A DNA stretch of 37,213 bases from Gemmatimonadales bacterium (GCA_050733375.1 JBOHST010000374.1:1-37213); one strand, 5' to 3'; positions 1 to 8,987 are shown, numbered from the stretch's first letter. The notes: generated from the letters alone by a model not told the origin. Numbers and translations are program-made.

Positions 1-1092
1 GTCCCGCTGCGCGCCGTACAGCAGCGCGATGTCGTACGGCCAGGTCGGCGACTGAAAGACCGGGTTGCCGAGCAGCCAATCAGACAGGCGATGCGCCATC
101 TCGTCCGCGCCGCGATCGAATCCAAAGCGCAGCCCGTCGCCGTAGTGATGGCTGCGCCAATGGAGCACGCGGCTGCCGTCCGGCCCTTCCCACCAGTACA
201 GCTGCGGGTAGGCCGTCCACTCACCTGTCAGACCGTGCACGGCCGCTTCGGCACGGGGGAGCAGCGGCAGCGCGCGGTCGGGATTCGGACCGCTCGCGAG
301 ATAGCGCACCCCGCTCGCCGCGAGCAACATCGGAAATGTGAGCGTCTGGCCGGGTACGTCAGTGATCTGCGCGGTGACGTAGGTGAGGCCGCGTTCGCGC
401 GCCAGGAGGCCTGCCGGCCAGACCATCCGCGCCGCCGTTTCGTGGTCCAGCAACCCGGTCAGCTCGTTCGCGAACAGGGCGTGGAAGCCGATCTTCGCGT
501 CCCGAATCGCCTGCAGCAGCGCCGTCGCGTCGGCCGGCCCGCGGTTCTCCACGTAGGACAGGACCTGTAAAGCGCATTCCGCGGTCCAGCGGTAGCTGGG
601 GTGCGCGGGGAGCCGGGCCAGGGCGGCGTCGAGGTTCTGGCGGTGGATCTCCAGACACCGCTCCTGGAGGTCCGTGTAGCCGACGTCGGTGTGGTTGGAG
701 GAGAGCCAGTACAACGTCCAGCGACGCGGCGGCACGAGTCGCACCCGCCGCCGGCCCACGGCCCGCTTGCCGACCTCGAGGTCGATCTGGAAGTCGGCTG
801 GCCCGGAGAGGGGCACCCACACTTCACCTTGCAGCGTAAGGCCGTCGCTCGAGGGGAGCAGGCCCGCGGTGCCGACGAGGGCTCCCCGGCGATCCGTCAC
901 GCGGGCCCGCGCCGCGGGCGCGGCGAGTCCCGCGACCGTGACGCGCACCAGGTTGCGACGCCCGTCCGGCTGTTGGTACAGCGCGCTCGGGCGTGCATCC
1001 ACGACGGGTGATTGCGTATGCGATCGGGGCGGCCGGCCGAAAGCGGCCGATCCGGCCGCGAGCCAGCCCAGGAATGTGCGGCGGTCGGTCAT
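1..1092 (-). CDS. Tat-signal secreted glycoside hydrolase family 38-like protein (alpha-mannosidase N-domain-like); C-terminal part lies beyond the window
   Basis: Absent from the ORF track because no stop lies in the window. My reverse-strand translation from ATG (1092..1090) gives MTDRRTFLGWLAAGSAAFG (twin-Arg signal), then RRWTLYWLSSNHTDVGYTDLQERCLEIHRQNLD. The frame stays open for 364 codons to base 1. The family call rests only on remembered GH38-type N-domain motifs. Confidence 0.6.
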   Translation of the reverse strand, partial: MTDRRTFLGWLAAGSAAFGRPPRSHTQSPVVDARPSALYQQPDGRRNLVRVTVAGLAAPAARARVTDRRGALVGTAGLLPSSDGLTLQGEVWVPLSGPADFQIDLEVGKRAVGRRRVRLVPPRRWTLYWLSSNHTDVGYTDLQERCLEIHRQNLDAALARLPAHPSYRWTAECALQVLSYVENRGPADATALLQAIRDAKIGFHALFANELTGLLDHETAARMVWPAGLLARERGLTYVTAQITDVPGQTLTFPMLLAASGVRYLASGPNPDRALPLLPRAEAAVHGLTGEWTAYPQLYWWEGPDGSRVLHWRSHHYGDGLRFGFDRGADEMAHRLSDWLLGNPVFQSPTWPYDIALLYGAQRD

Positions 1093-1116
1093 GACACGCG
1101 GGAATATACCTTGGCC

Positions 1117-1144
1117 TTGACGCGAAGCCCCCCGGGACTAGCTT
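1117..1144 (+). promoter_or_regulatory. candidate sigma-70 promoter for the Met-repeat lipoprotein gene
   Basis: TTGACG (1117-1122), 16-nt spacer, TAGCTT (1139-1144), about 50 nt upstream of the ATG at 1194. Pattern match only. Confidence 0.3.
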
Positions 1145-1193
1145 TGCGGTCGCTGGTGGGCCCGTCAACCGCTAACATCTTAAGGGAGAAAGC

Positions 1194-1379
1194 ATGAAGC
1201 GTCTCGTACTCGCGCTGGCGCTCGTCGCCGCTCTCGGTGCATGCAAGAAGGCCGAGCAGGCGTCGGATAGCCAGATGGCGGACAGCATGAAGATGATGTC
1301 GGACAGCATGGGCATGATGACCGACAGCATGAAGATGATGGCCGACAGCATGAAGATGATGGATACCACGAAGCACTAG
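1194..1379 (+). CDS. small methionine-rich repeat lipoprotein (61 aa)
   Basis: GGGAGA Shine-Dalgarno 6 nt before the ATG. Signal peptide with lipobox (MKRLVLALALVAALGAC). The mature part carries DSMKMMS/DSMGMMT/DSMKMMA/DSMKMMD. A stem-loop with a T-run follows the stop. Confidence 0.75.
   Translation: MKRLVLALALVAALGACKKAEQASDSQMADSMKMMSDSMGMMTDSMKMMADSMKMMDTTKH
1281..1364 (+). repeat. 4 x 21-bp in-frame tandem repeat (gacagcatgaagatgatgNNN)
   Basis: Units at 1281-1301, 1302-1322, 1323-1343 and 1344-1364 differ by only a few bases. Each encodes one D-S-M-x-M-M-x heptad. Confidence 0.95.
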
Positions 1380-1411
1380 TCGTCGCTGGCTGCACTACAT
1401 CGGTTGTACGA

Positions 1412-1441
1412 AGCCCGGGCGTTCACCCGGGCTTTTCGTTT
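1412..1441 (+). terminator. rho-independent terminator after the small lipoprotein gene
   Basis: AGCCCGGG (1412-1419), loop cgttca, CCCGGGCT (1426-1433), followed by tttcgttt. The loop contains the stop codon of the convergent SDR gene. Confidence 0.7.
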
Positions 1442-2412
1442 GCGTGCTCCCAGCGCACCACCGTGCGCGCGATTGCCACGCGCGTTGCCAGGGGCGGAGT
1501 CCAGTTGAGCTCGGCGCGGGCGCGGTCGGCCACGTACGGGTTCTCTCCCGTGATGAACGAGAGCGCGGCGCGAGCCAGCGCAGGCCCCGTCCACAGGCTC
1601 ATCGCCACCCGCGCCACGCTGGCCGGAAGGCGGAAGAAGCGGGGGCGCACCCCACAGGCCGCGGCGAACGCCTCCAGGAACTCGCGCGCGGTGAGCGGCG
1701 GCGGCGCGTCGCAGGTGATGTTGTAGGCGCGAAACCCCGAGACCGGCGCCTCCAGGGCTGCGACGATCGCCGTGGCGACGTTTCCGGCGTAGACGCATGA
1801 CAGCAGGTTCGTGCCGGGGCCGATCTGCGGGAAGATCGGCACGCGCATCCCCCGCATCACCCTCGGCGTGAACAACCGGTCTCGCTCGCCGTAGATGACG
1901 TTCGGGCGGATGGCGATGCCGGTGCAGCCGTCCGCCTCGGCAAACGCGCGCACGAGCGCTTCCGCCTCCCGTTTGCTGCGACCGTAGCCGTCGTGCTCCG
2001 GGATCGGCCGAAACGGCGCGTCCTCGGTGCGCCGCTCGCGGTTCGGCCGATAGTCCGCCGAGCCGCCGTACACGGCCACCGAGGAGACATGCACCAGTCG
2101 CGCCCCCGCGGCGCGGGAGGCCGCGACCGCCAGCCGTGTGCCACCCACATTGACGGCCTCGTACGTGGACCACGGCACCGGCCGCTGAACGATCGCCGCG
2201 GCGTGCACGATGCCGCTGACTCCGCCGGCGCATGCGCGCTGCCACGCCGCGGGATCGGTCACATCACCCGTCACCGGCTCCGCGCCGAGCGCCGCGATGG
2301 CCGCGGTCGCCGCCGGCCGTGCCAGCGCGCGCACCGGCACACGACGGGCGCACAACGCCTCGATGACGTGACTGCCGACGAGCCCGCTCCCTCCCGTGAC
2401 CAGAACGGTCAC
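1423..2412 (-). CDS. NAD-dependent epimerase/dehydratase (extended SDR) family protein
   Basis: GTG start at 2412 gives VTVLVTGGSGLVGSH (Rossmann GxxGxxG), and YGRSK matches the YxxxK catalytic motif. The start forms a GTGA overlap with the ygfZ stop. The upstream part of the 595-aa track ORF is an Arg/Gly-rich out-of-frame overlap. Confidence 0.9.
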   Translation of the reverse strand: MTVLVTGGSGLVGSHVIEALCARRVPVRALARPAATAAIAALGAEPVTGDVTDPAAWQRACAGGVSGIVHAAAIVQRPVPWSTYEAVNVGGTRLAVAASRAAGARLVHVSSVAVYGGSADYRPNRERRTEDAPFRPIPEHDGYGRSKREAEALVRAFAEADGCTGIAIRPNVIYGERDRLFTPRVMRGMRVPIFPQIGPGTNLLSCVYAGNVATAIVAALEAPVSGFRAYNITCDAPPPLTAREFLEAFAAACGVRPRFFRLPASVARVAMSLWTGPALARAALSFITGENPYVADRARAELNWTPPLATRVAIARTVVRWEHANEKPG

Positions 2413-3464
2413 GCCGGCTCCCAGCGCGGCAGGACGAACGGCAGCTTCACGATGTGCGCGCCCACGCCCCCGGCACGCACTCGCGCACCCAGCTCGGCCT
2501 CCCGCCGCACCATCCCCAGGCCGATCCAGCGGCCGGACGTCGCGCCGCCCGCGCCGCCTTCGGGCAGCCACGCCACGCTCGACACGCGCCCCACGTCCCG
2601 ATCCTCGAGGATGATCGGCAGGGTCTCGCCCGGTCCGGGCTCCGCGTCGAATTCCACCCCGACCAGCTCGCGATTGGTATGGCCGCGGAAGTGCAACCGG
2701 CTCACCGTTTCCTGCCCCGTGTAGCAGCCCTTCGTGTACGACACGCCGCCGATCGCGTCGAAGCGCACTTCCTGCGGGAGCGTGCGCTCGTCGACTTCGG
2801 CGGTCAGTCCCGGCCAGCCGGCGACGATGCGCGCCAACTCCAGCGCCGCCGGGTCGACGGCGAGCGCGCCCGTGGTGACGAGCCGTGCCGCGATTCGAGC
2901 GGCGTCCTCCGGCGCCGTCGCGATCTGGAGCACGAACGGCCCATCCTCGCCGGCTCGGGCGATCTCGCAGGACGCCCCGTCGATCGCCGTCACGATGACA
3001 CGCCCCGGGGCGGTGGGCGCCTGGAGCCGCGCCGCCTCCGCGATCGCCAGCGCGTGGGCGCCGGCGAGACGGAGCACCGCGGTTTCGGCGGTCCGGTCGG
3101 TGGTGCGCGCCAGCCGCGGCGGCACCGACCGCGCGAAGATGGCGCTGGCGCGCGCACGGCCGGCCACCGGAACGGTGAAGCGCACCGTCGTGCCGATTCG
3201 GGCGGCCCACCCGTCCACGACGATCATGCCCTTGGGGGTGAGCAGCGCGCCGTACACGAACGCGCCGTCGCCCGCTTGTTCAATGTCGTTGGTGAGCAGG
3301 CCTTGCAGACACGTGACGGCCCCCGGTCCCGACAGCTCCAGCACGCCTACTTCGGCTGCCGCCACGAGCGCGCCCGCGCGCAACGCCTGCGTGACCGGGG
3401 CCGTCCAGGGGCCGGACGGCAGCCGCATAACCGTCGCGGGACCTGGGAGCAGGGGCGCCGTCAT
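2409..3464 (-). CDS. ygfZ: YgfZ/GcvT-family folate-binding protein
   Basis: 351-aa ORF with the KGCYTGQE signature typical of YgfZ and an aminomethyltransferase-like N-domain. An alternative ATG lies at 3428. Confidence 0.85.
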   Translation of the reverse strand: MTAPLLPGPATVMRLPSGPWTAPVTQALRAGALVAAAEVGVLELSGPGAVTCLQGLLTNDIEQAGDGAFVYGALLTPKGMIVVDGWAARIGTTVRFTVPVAGRARASAIFARSVPPRLARTTDRTAETAVLRLAGAHALAIAEAARLQAPTAPGRVIVTAIDGASCEIARAGEDGPFVLQIATAPEDAARIAARLVTTGALAVDPAALELARIVAGWPGLTAEVDERTLPQEVRFDAIGGVSYTKGCYTGQETVSRLHFRGHTNRELVGVEFDAEPGPGETLPIILEDRDVGRVSSVAWLPEGGAGGATSGRWIGLGMVRREAELGARVRAGGVGAHIVKLPFVLPRWEPA

Positions 3465-3525
3465 CGCGCCTTCCAGGCAGGGGGCCGAGCTGACAAAAGC
3501 AATCGCGCGCTCTCGTTCAGGGTGA

Positions 3526-4758
3526 TCATGCGTAGAACCCGGCCGCGCGGTAAGAGGCGTCGAGCAGCTCGACGGGGTGACGCGCCTCCGCCGCCGCGCC
3601 CGCGGCCCGGAGCCCGGCGCCGAGCTGCATCACGCAGCCCGGATTGCCGGTCGCGACCACGTCGGGCGGCGCTTCGAGCAGCAGGGCCAGTTTCGGCGCC
3701 AACACCGCGCGCGAGAGCTCCGGCTCCACCAGGCTGTAGAGCCCCGCGCTGCCGCAGCACTGAGCGGAGTCGGCGGTCTCGCGCAGCTCGATTCCCGGCA
3801 CCGCGCGCAACACGGCGAGCGGCGGCTCGGCGACCCGCTGCGCGTGCAGCAAGTGGCAGGGGGCGTCGTACGCGACCCGCAGCCGGAGCGGAGCGCCCGG
3901 CGCGGGATCGCGGGCCGCGAGCAGCTCCGTCACGTCTCGCACCCGCGCCGCGAACCGCGGCCCGCTTTGCTTCAGCATCGCTCCGCACCCGGCGCTATTG
4001 ACGACGATTGGAGTGTCTCCATCGCCGAACGCGATCTGATTCACCCGCGCGAGCGCCTGCGCCGACGCGTGCAGTCCGGCGTGCGCGTGCAGCGCGCCGC
4101 AGCACCCCTGTCCCGGCACCTCGCGCACGGCGTAACCGTTGACCGTGAGCGTGCGGATGGTGGCGGCGTGGACGTGGGGGAAGAGGCCGTCCATCACGCA
4201 GCCGCGGAACAGCATCACGGTTTCCGGCGGACCGGCACGAGCCGGGGCGGACACCGACCGCGTTCCGCTCGCGACCGGTCCTCCCAGGCTTCCCCGGCCC
4301 CGCGTCGCCGCCAGCATGCCCATCGCAAACCGGACTCGCCCCCACCCCGCCAGTCGTCCCGGGAGCCCAGTAGCCCGGAGTGCGCGCGCGATCCAGAAGA
4401 TCAGCCCCGACAAACCCGGCGTTGTGAGCGCCGCGAGCGCCAGGCGCGCGACGAGGGGCACCCCTTGCTGCGCGGCGAGGCGCTCCCGGGACGCCTCGAG
4501 CCCGGCGCCGTACCCGACCCCGGAAGGGCAGACGGGCTCGCAGGCGCGACACCCGAGGCAGCGGTCGAGATGGAACGCGAGAGCGGCGTCGGTTGCCGCC
4601 AGCTCGTCGCGCTCCAGCGCGCGCATCAGCTCGATGCGGCCGCGGGGAGAATCGGCTTCGTCGCCGGTGGCGAGAAAGGTGGGGCAGGCCTGGAGACAAA
4701 ACCCGCAATGGACGCACGCATCCAGCGCCGCGAAGCCCCCGCGGGGAATCGCGATCAT
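3526..4758 (-). CDS. glcF: glycolate oxidase iron-sulfur subunit GlcF
   Basis: From ATG 4758: MIAIPRGG..CVHCGFCLQACP and CLGCRACEPVCP (two 4Fe-4S CxxCxxCxxxCP motifs), plus C-terminal CCG domains (GCCGA, QCCGSAG). ATGA overlap with the glcE stop. Confidence 0.9.
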   Translation of the reverse strand: MIAIPRGGFAALDACVHCGFCLQACPTFLATGDEADSPRGRIELMRALERDELAATDAALAFHLDRCLGCRACEPVCPSGVGYGAGLEASRERLAAQQGVPLVARLALAALTTPGLSGLIFWIARALRATGLPGRLAGWGRVRFAMGMLAATRGRGSLGGPVASGTRSVSAPARAGPPETVMLFRGCVMDGLFPHVHAATIRTLTVNGYAVREVPGQGCCGALHAHAGLHASAQALARVNQIAFGDGDTPIVVNSAGCGAMLKQSGPRFAARVRDVTELLAARDPAPGAPLRLRVAYDAPCHLLHAQRVAEPPLAVLRAVPGIELRETADSAQCCGSAGLYSLVEPELSRAVLAPKLALLLEAPPDVVATGNPGCVMQLGAGLRAAGAAAEARHPVELLDASYRAAGFYA

Positions 4759-5969
4759 TCGTCGGCGGCAACCGGGACGACGAGCGTCCCCGCCGGGTCG
4801 AAGGTGTGCCGGAGTCCCGCGACGAGCGGGCCGACCCCTTCCCGATACGCGCCGAAATGCCCCACCGTGCGACGCAGCTCCCAGGGCGCGCGCTCGAGCG
4901 TGAGGGGAACCTCTCGGGCCGCGAGGGTTTTGCGCAGCCGTCGCAGCCGATCGGCAGTGGCTTCTCCGCTCCAGCGGATCGCCCCGAGCGCCGGGCTCGC
5001 CGTAATCCATTCGTCGCCGACCTGGTGCTGTAGCAGGTCGAGCAGATCGTCGGAGGCGTCGGGGAGCCCGCCGAGGCGGAGCGTCACCGGACGGACGGCG
5101 AGGGCTTCCGCGGCGCGCTGCCAGAAGGCGTGGCTCTCTTCCGGACCGAGCGGGGCGAACCGGCCACCCGCGGTGGTCCGGAGGGTCGCCTCTTCGGCTT
5201 CGACCTGCGCCGCCGAGCCGGCGCAGCGCACGGCCAACGCCCACCCGGCGCGGCGGGCGAGCGCCGGCGAGAGCAGCTCCAGGGCGGCGGGCTGGAGACC
5301 GGTTTCGCGCACGTCGTCCGCGGCGCGACTCAGCTCTTCCCGCGGACCCTCGAGCACCAGCGTCTGGTCGGCGCGCGGCAGGGCGCGCAGCCTCAGGTGA
5401 GCGCGCACGATCACGCCGAACGCGCCGAACCCGCCAGCCTGGAGTCGGGTGAGGTCGTAACCGGCGACGTTTTTCACCACGCGACCACCGCTCGAGACGA
5501 CGCGCCCGTCACCGGTGATGGCGCTGACGCCGAGTAGGTGGTCGCGCACCGGCCCGAGCCCCTGGCGTAATGGGCCCGCTGTTCCGCACGCGACGATCGA
5601 TCCCAGAGTGCGGCCGGCGAGACCCGGGGGGTCGACTGCCACCCACACACTGCGTTCGGCGAGCTGCTGGCGCAGCCGGTCCCACCCGACGCCGGCCTGA
5701 GCGGTGCCGACGAGGTCCTGCGGCTCGACCGCCTCGACTTGATCGAGCCGTCGCGTGGTGAGCGCCAGATCGGCGGGGGTGTCCGCCGGCTGCCAGCTGC
5801 CACTGCCCTCGACGCGCACCTTCCATCCTTCTTCGGTGGCCGTGCGCAGCAGTAGGGCGACGCCCTCCGGCGTGGGGGGAGCGATGCGCGGCGCGACCCC
5901 GGCGGCGCCGGGATCGAGCACGGCGTCGGCGCCGAGCAGCGCGCGGACCTTTTCAAGGAGGGTGTTCAC
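4755..5969 (-). CDS. glcE: glycolate oxidase FAD-binding subunit GlcE
   Basis: FAD-binding PCMH-type sequence (VKNVAGYDLTRL). GTG at 5969 forms a GTGA overlap with the glcD stop. An alternative ATG at 5993 would give a 28-nt overlap. Confidence 0.85.
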   Translation of the reverse strand: MNTLLEKVRALLGADAVLDPGAAGVAPRIAPPTPEGVALLLRTATEEGWKVRVEGSGSWQPADTPADLALTTRRLDQVEAVEPQDLVGTAQAGVGWDRLRQQLAERSVWVAVDPPGLAGRTLGSIVACGTAGPLRQGLGPVRDHLLGVSAITGDGRVVSSGGRVVKNVAGYDLTRLQAGGFGAFGVIVRAHLRLRALPRADQTLVLEGPREELSRAADDVRETGLQPAALELLSPALARRAGWALAVRCAGSAAQVEAEEATLRTTAGGRFAPLGPEESHAFWQRAAEALAVRPVTLRLGGLPDASDDLLDLLQHQVGDEWITASPALGAIRWSGEATADRLRRLRKTLAAREVPLTLERAPWELRRTVGHFGAYREGVGPLVAGLRHTFDPAGTLVVPVAADE

Positions 5970-7432
5970 CTGGCCCTCACCGCCTGGCGCCATTCCCGGC
6001 AGGCGTGCAGCGGCACGACCTTGCCGGGGTTCACGCGCTCCTCGGGGTCGAACACGCGCCGCACCGCCAGCATGGCCGCCAGCGTCTCCGCGTCGAACAC
6101 GAGCGGCATGTAGCGCAGCTTGTCGAGGCCCACGCCGTGCTCGCCCGTGATCGTGCCTCCGGCGGCGATGCAGGCGTCCATGATTTCCCCTGAGGCGATC
6201 TCCACGCGCGCCTTGAGGTCGAGGTCGGTCGCATCGAACGAAATGTTGGGGTGCAGGTTGCCGTCACCCGCGTGGAACACATTGCTCACGACGAGGTGGT
6301 GGCGCGCGGCGATCGCGCTGATCGCCTCCAGCACATCGGGGAGCGTGGAGCGGGGGACCACCGCGTCTTGCACCACCAGGTCGCGCGAGAGCCGTCCCAT
6401 GGCCCCGAACGCCTTTTTGCGCCCCTGCCACAGCCGCTCGCGCTCCCGGGGATCGGCCGCGGTGCGCACCGCGCGTGCGCCGCGCCCGGTGAGGAGCGCG
6501 GCAACCGCGCGCGCATCCGTGTCGACCGCTGCCTCCGCCGGTCCGTCCAACTCGACGAGCAGCACCGCGGCAGCGTCGCGCGGGTAGCCGGCCGCATACA
6601 CCGAGTCCTCAACGGCGTTGATGCACGAGCGGTCCATCATCTCGAGCGCCGCCGGCACGATCCCGCTCGCGATGATCGCCGAGACGGCCGTTCCCGCTGC
6701 CCGCAAGACGGTGAAGTCGGCAAGCAGCGTCCGCACGGCCCGCGGGGTGGGCGACAGGCGGACGGTGATGCGCGTCGCCACGCCGAAGTTCCCCTCCGAT
6801 CCCACAAACAGTCCCACCAGGTCGGGTCCCCACGGCTCGCCCCCGGGGCTGCCCAGCTCGACCACGCGCCCGTCGGCGAGCACCACCTCGAGTGCCTGGA
6901 CGTGGTTGCTCGTGACTCCGTACTTCAGGCAGTGGGGACCGCCTGCGTTTTCGGCGACGTTGCCACCGATGGTGCAGGCGGTTTGACTCGACGGATCGGG
7001 CGCGTAGTGCAGGCCGTAGGGCGCGGCGGCGGCGGACAGGCGCACATTGACGACGCCCGGCTCGACCACCGCGCGCCGGTTCGCCGGGTCGACCTGCAGG
7101 ATCCGGTTGAGCCGGGTCAACACGAGCAGGACCGCATCGGGCGATGCGAGCGCGCCGCCCGACAGCCCGGTGCCCGCGCCGCGCGGCACGAACGGCACGC
7201 CACGCTGGGCGAGCACGCGGATGACGGCGATTACCTCGTCGCGCGTACCGGGAAGGACGACGAGCCCCGGCAGGCGGCGATGCGTGGGCAGGCCATCCGT
7301 CGCATAGGTGACGCGCTCGGGGGTGGTGCGGCGGACGTGGCGGGCGCCGACAACGGATTCGAGCGCGGCCACGAGGGCGTCCGGTCGGGCGAACGCGAGG
7401 GAGTCCTGCCCGGCGCGCTCCACTGCGTGCAT
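5966..7432 (-). CDS. glcD: glycolate oxidase subunit GlcD (FAD-linked oxidase)
   Basis: From ATG 7432: MHAVERAG..PRGAGTGLSGGA..., C-terminal GTITGEHGVGLDK. 488 aa. The rest of the 622-aa track ORF overlaps the upstream gene. Confidence 0.9.
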   Translation of the reverse strand: MHAVERAGQDSLAFARPDALVAALESVVGARHVRRTTPERVTYATDGLPTHRRLPGLVVLPGTRDEVIAVIRVLAQRGVPFVPRGAGTGLSGGALASPDAVLLVLTRLNRILQVDPANRRAVVEPGVVNVRLSAAAAPYGLHYAPDPSSQTACTIGGNVAENAGGPHCLKYGVTSNHVQALEVVLADGRVVELGSPGGEPWGPDLVGLFVGSEGNFGVATRITVRLSPTPRAVRTLLADFTVLRAAGTAVSAIIASGIVPAALEMMDRSCINAVEDSVYAAGYPRDAAAVLLVELDGPAEAAVDTDARAVAALLTGRGARAVRTAADPRERERLWQGRKKAFGAMGRLSRDLVVQDAVVPRSTLPDVLEAISAIAARHHLVVSNVFHAGDGNLHPNISFDATDLDLKARVEIASGEIMDACIAAGGTITGEHGVGLDKLRYMPLVFDAETLAAMLAVRRVFDPEERVNPGKVVPLHACREWRQAVRAR

Positions 7433-8115
7433 CACGGGGCGGTCCGCTCGATGTCCGCGGGCAGCCCGCTCTTGCCATTGCGGCGGGCGTGCCGGCGCAC
7501 CGTCGCACGGCGCTCGGCATCGGCGGCGAGCGGGGCGAGCAGGGCGGCGAGGCGGTGCAACCGCGCGAGCGTGCTGCGCACGCGCAGCAGCTCGAGCTTC
7601 GCGGGCGGCTCGAACTCGAGCTCCGCGGCAACCTGGAACGACAACAGCTCGGGCTCGTCGGGGAGGGTCGGCGGCTCTTCGGGGCGGTCGGTCAGCGCGG
7701 CGAGCGCCGTGAGCAGGCGCATGAAGTCGCGCCGGACCTCGGCCGCGATGGCGCTCACCTCCACCGGATCCCCGTGCTCGTCGGCAAACTCTTCCACCCG
7801 GGCCAGCCGGTAGAGGCGGGCAGTCGGAAGCCAATCGAGCAGCGTGAAACGCCGCTCGCCCACCGTGACAATGTTCGAGCGGCCGTCGGGGAGATCCTGC
7901 GTGCTCCGGATCTCGGCCACGCAGCCGACGTCGCCCGGCCGCGGCGTCCGGACCTGGCCAGGGGATTCGGCGGCGTAGGTGACGCCGAAACGCCGGTCTC
8001 CCGCCAACGAATCGGCGAGGAGCTGGCGATACCGAGGCTCGAAGATGTGAAGCGGCTGCAGGGTTCCGGGGAAGAGAACCAACGGGAGCGGAAAAATCGG
8101 CAGCTCACGAGGCAT
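7432..8115 (-). CDS. LON N-terminal (substrate-binding, PUA-like) domain protein
   Basis: MPRELPIFPLPLVLFPGTLQPLHIFEPRYRQLL is the typical LON-N opening. 227 aa with no AAA+ or protease domain. Its stop overlaps the glcD ATG by 1 nt. Confidence 0.85.
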   Translation of the reverse strand: MPRELPIFPLPLVLFPGTLQPLHIFEPRYRQLLADSLAGDRRFGVTYAAESPGQVRTPRPGDVGCVAEIRSTQDLPDGRSNIVTVGERRFTLLDWLPTARLYRLARVEEFADEHGDPVEVSAIAAEVRRDFMRLLTALAALTDRPEEPPTLPDEPELLSFQVAAELEFEPPAKLELLRVRSTLARLHRLAALLAPLAADAERRATVRRHARRNGKSGLPADIERTAP

Positions 8116-8217
8116 GGAGGGAATGTATACGGGCCGGGTACAAGCTGGATGCTCGGACGAACGGCGCGCGACCGCGCCGGAGAATTGACACCAGGACCGG
8201 AACGGCTAGGCTACGGT

Positions 8218-8952
8218 ATGTGCGGGGAAGCGTTCGCTCGGAGGGTCTCGAGACACCGAGGCGTCGTAGTGTGCGCCATTGCTGGGACCCTGGCGGTCGC
8301 TTGCGGCGCTCCGTCAGGGCCCAGCCCCGAAGACCAGTTCAGGGCGCTGGGCTACTGGAGCGGAACGTGCGATGAAAACGCTCCATTCGAGCTGCGCTGC
8401 GGCATCATCGCCCACGTCGGAAATTCCTATGTCCGGGGACTGAACGATGGGGAAAACGGTCCCATCAACCTGGACAGCGCGGTCTTGAATCAGAAGTACG
8501 TTCGTTGGGGCTTCTACCTGAAGCCGCAACGGGTCCAGGCGAAATTGTGCTACTTCCATCCTGCCGTGAGCGCCTGGCTGTGCAACTGGACCTGGGGCAC
8601 GTACACGGCATCCGACCTCATTCCTGACTCGGTCGATGCGGGAAGTTACACGGCGGACCAGGGTGACTGGGCCGTCATCTTCACCTTCCTGTGGGCGGGG
8701 GACCACCGGGTGGTGTTCCATGCGGAGAGCAATGGCGCTGCGCCGATCGAAGACACCGTGCAGGTGCACATTGTGAGCGACACCGCTCCACCTCCCCCGC
8801 CGCCGCTGCCGTTATCGCTCGCCGGCGTCTCGAGCAGCACCTTCGCGGTGCGGGACGAGCGCGGCGGGACGGTTCGCGTGTCACAGCTCTTGGTAAACGG
8901 ACGGCTGATCTCGGAGCTTCGATTGGTTCCCAGGGGGGACCGTCGTCCGTAG
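8218..8952 (+). CDS. hypothetical Cys-rich lipoprotein with poly-Pro linker
   Basis: ATG 8218 gives MCGEAFARRVSRHRGVVVCAIAGTLAVACG (lipobox LAVAC). It has four further Cys and a PPPPPPPLPL stretch. G+C is visibly lower, with more A/T-ending codons than neighbouring genes. The upstream part of the 487-aa track ORF is antisense to the LON-N gene. Confidence 0.7.
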   Translation: MCGEAFARRVSRHRGVVVCAIAGTLAVACGAPSGPSPEDQFRALGYWSGTCDENAPFELRCGIIAHVGNSYVRGLNDGENGPINLDSAVLNQKYVRWGFYLKPQRVQAKLCYFHPAVSAWLCNWTWGTYTASDLIPDSVDAGSYTADQGDWAVIFTFLWAGDHRVVFHAESNGAAPIEDTVQVHIVSDTAPPPPPPLPLSLAGVSSSTFAVRDERGGTVRVSQLLVNGRLISELRLVPRGDRRP

Positions 8953-8987
8953 CCAGCAGGGCTCCGGGAGCGGCGGGTTGCTTCTGT

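Noticed and set aside
1281-1364. Regular 21-bp repeats as a possible mini CRISPR or other array
   Set aside because: The units are directly adjacent with no spacers, in frame, inside a well-supported ORF, and no cas genes are present.
1089-1376. 95-aa minus-strand ORF with a His-rich repeat (HHLHAVGHHLHAVGHH), antisense to the Met-repeat gene
   Set aside because: It is the mirror image of the 21-bp repeat. It has no signal peptide or Shine-Dalgarno sequence and overlaps the GH38-like gene start. The plus-strand ORF has an RBS, a lipobox and a terminator, so the plus strand is taken as coding.
1423-3210. 595-aa ORF that could be read as one large protein
   Set aside because: Only the C-terminal 329 aa look like a real protein (SDR with GxxGxxG directly after an internal GTG). 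The N-terminal part is Arg/Gly/Ala-rich low-complexity sequence lying out of frame over the well-supported ygfZ gene.
2454-5400. Long plus-strand ORFs (2454..4001, 515 aa; 3577..5400, 607 aa)
   Set aside because: They are antisense to ygfZ/glcF/glcE, which carry clear family motifs. Their translations are Arg/Pro/Ala-rich with no motifs, typical of spurious ORFs in high-GC DNA.
6251-7813. 520-aa plus-strand ORF
   Set aside because: It is antisense to glcD and the LON-N gene, with Arg/Gly-rich composition and no recognisable domain.
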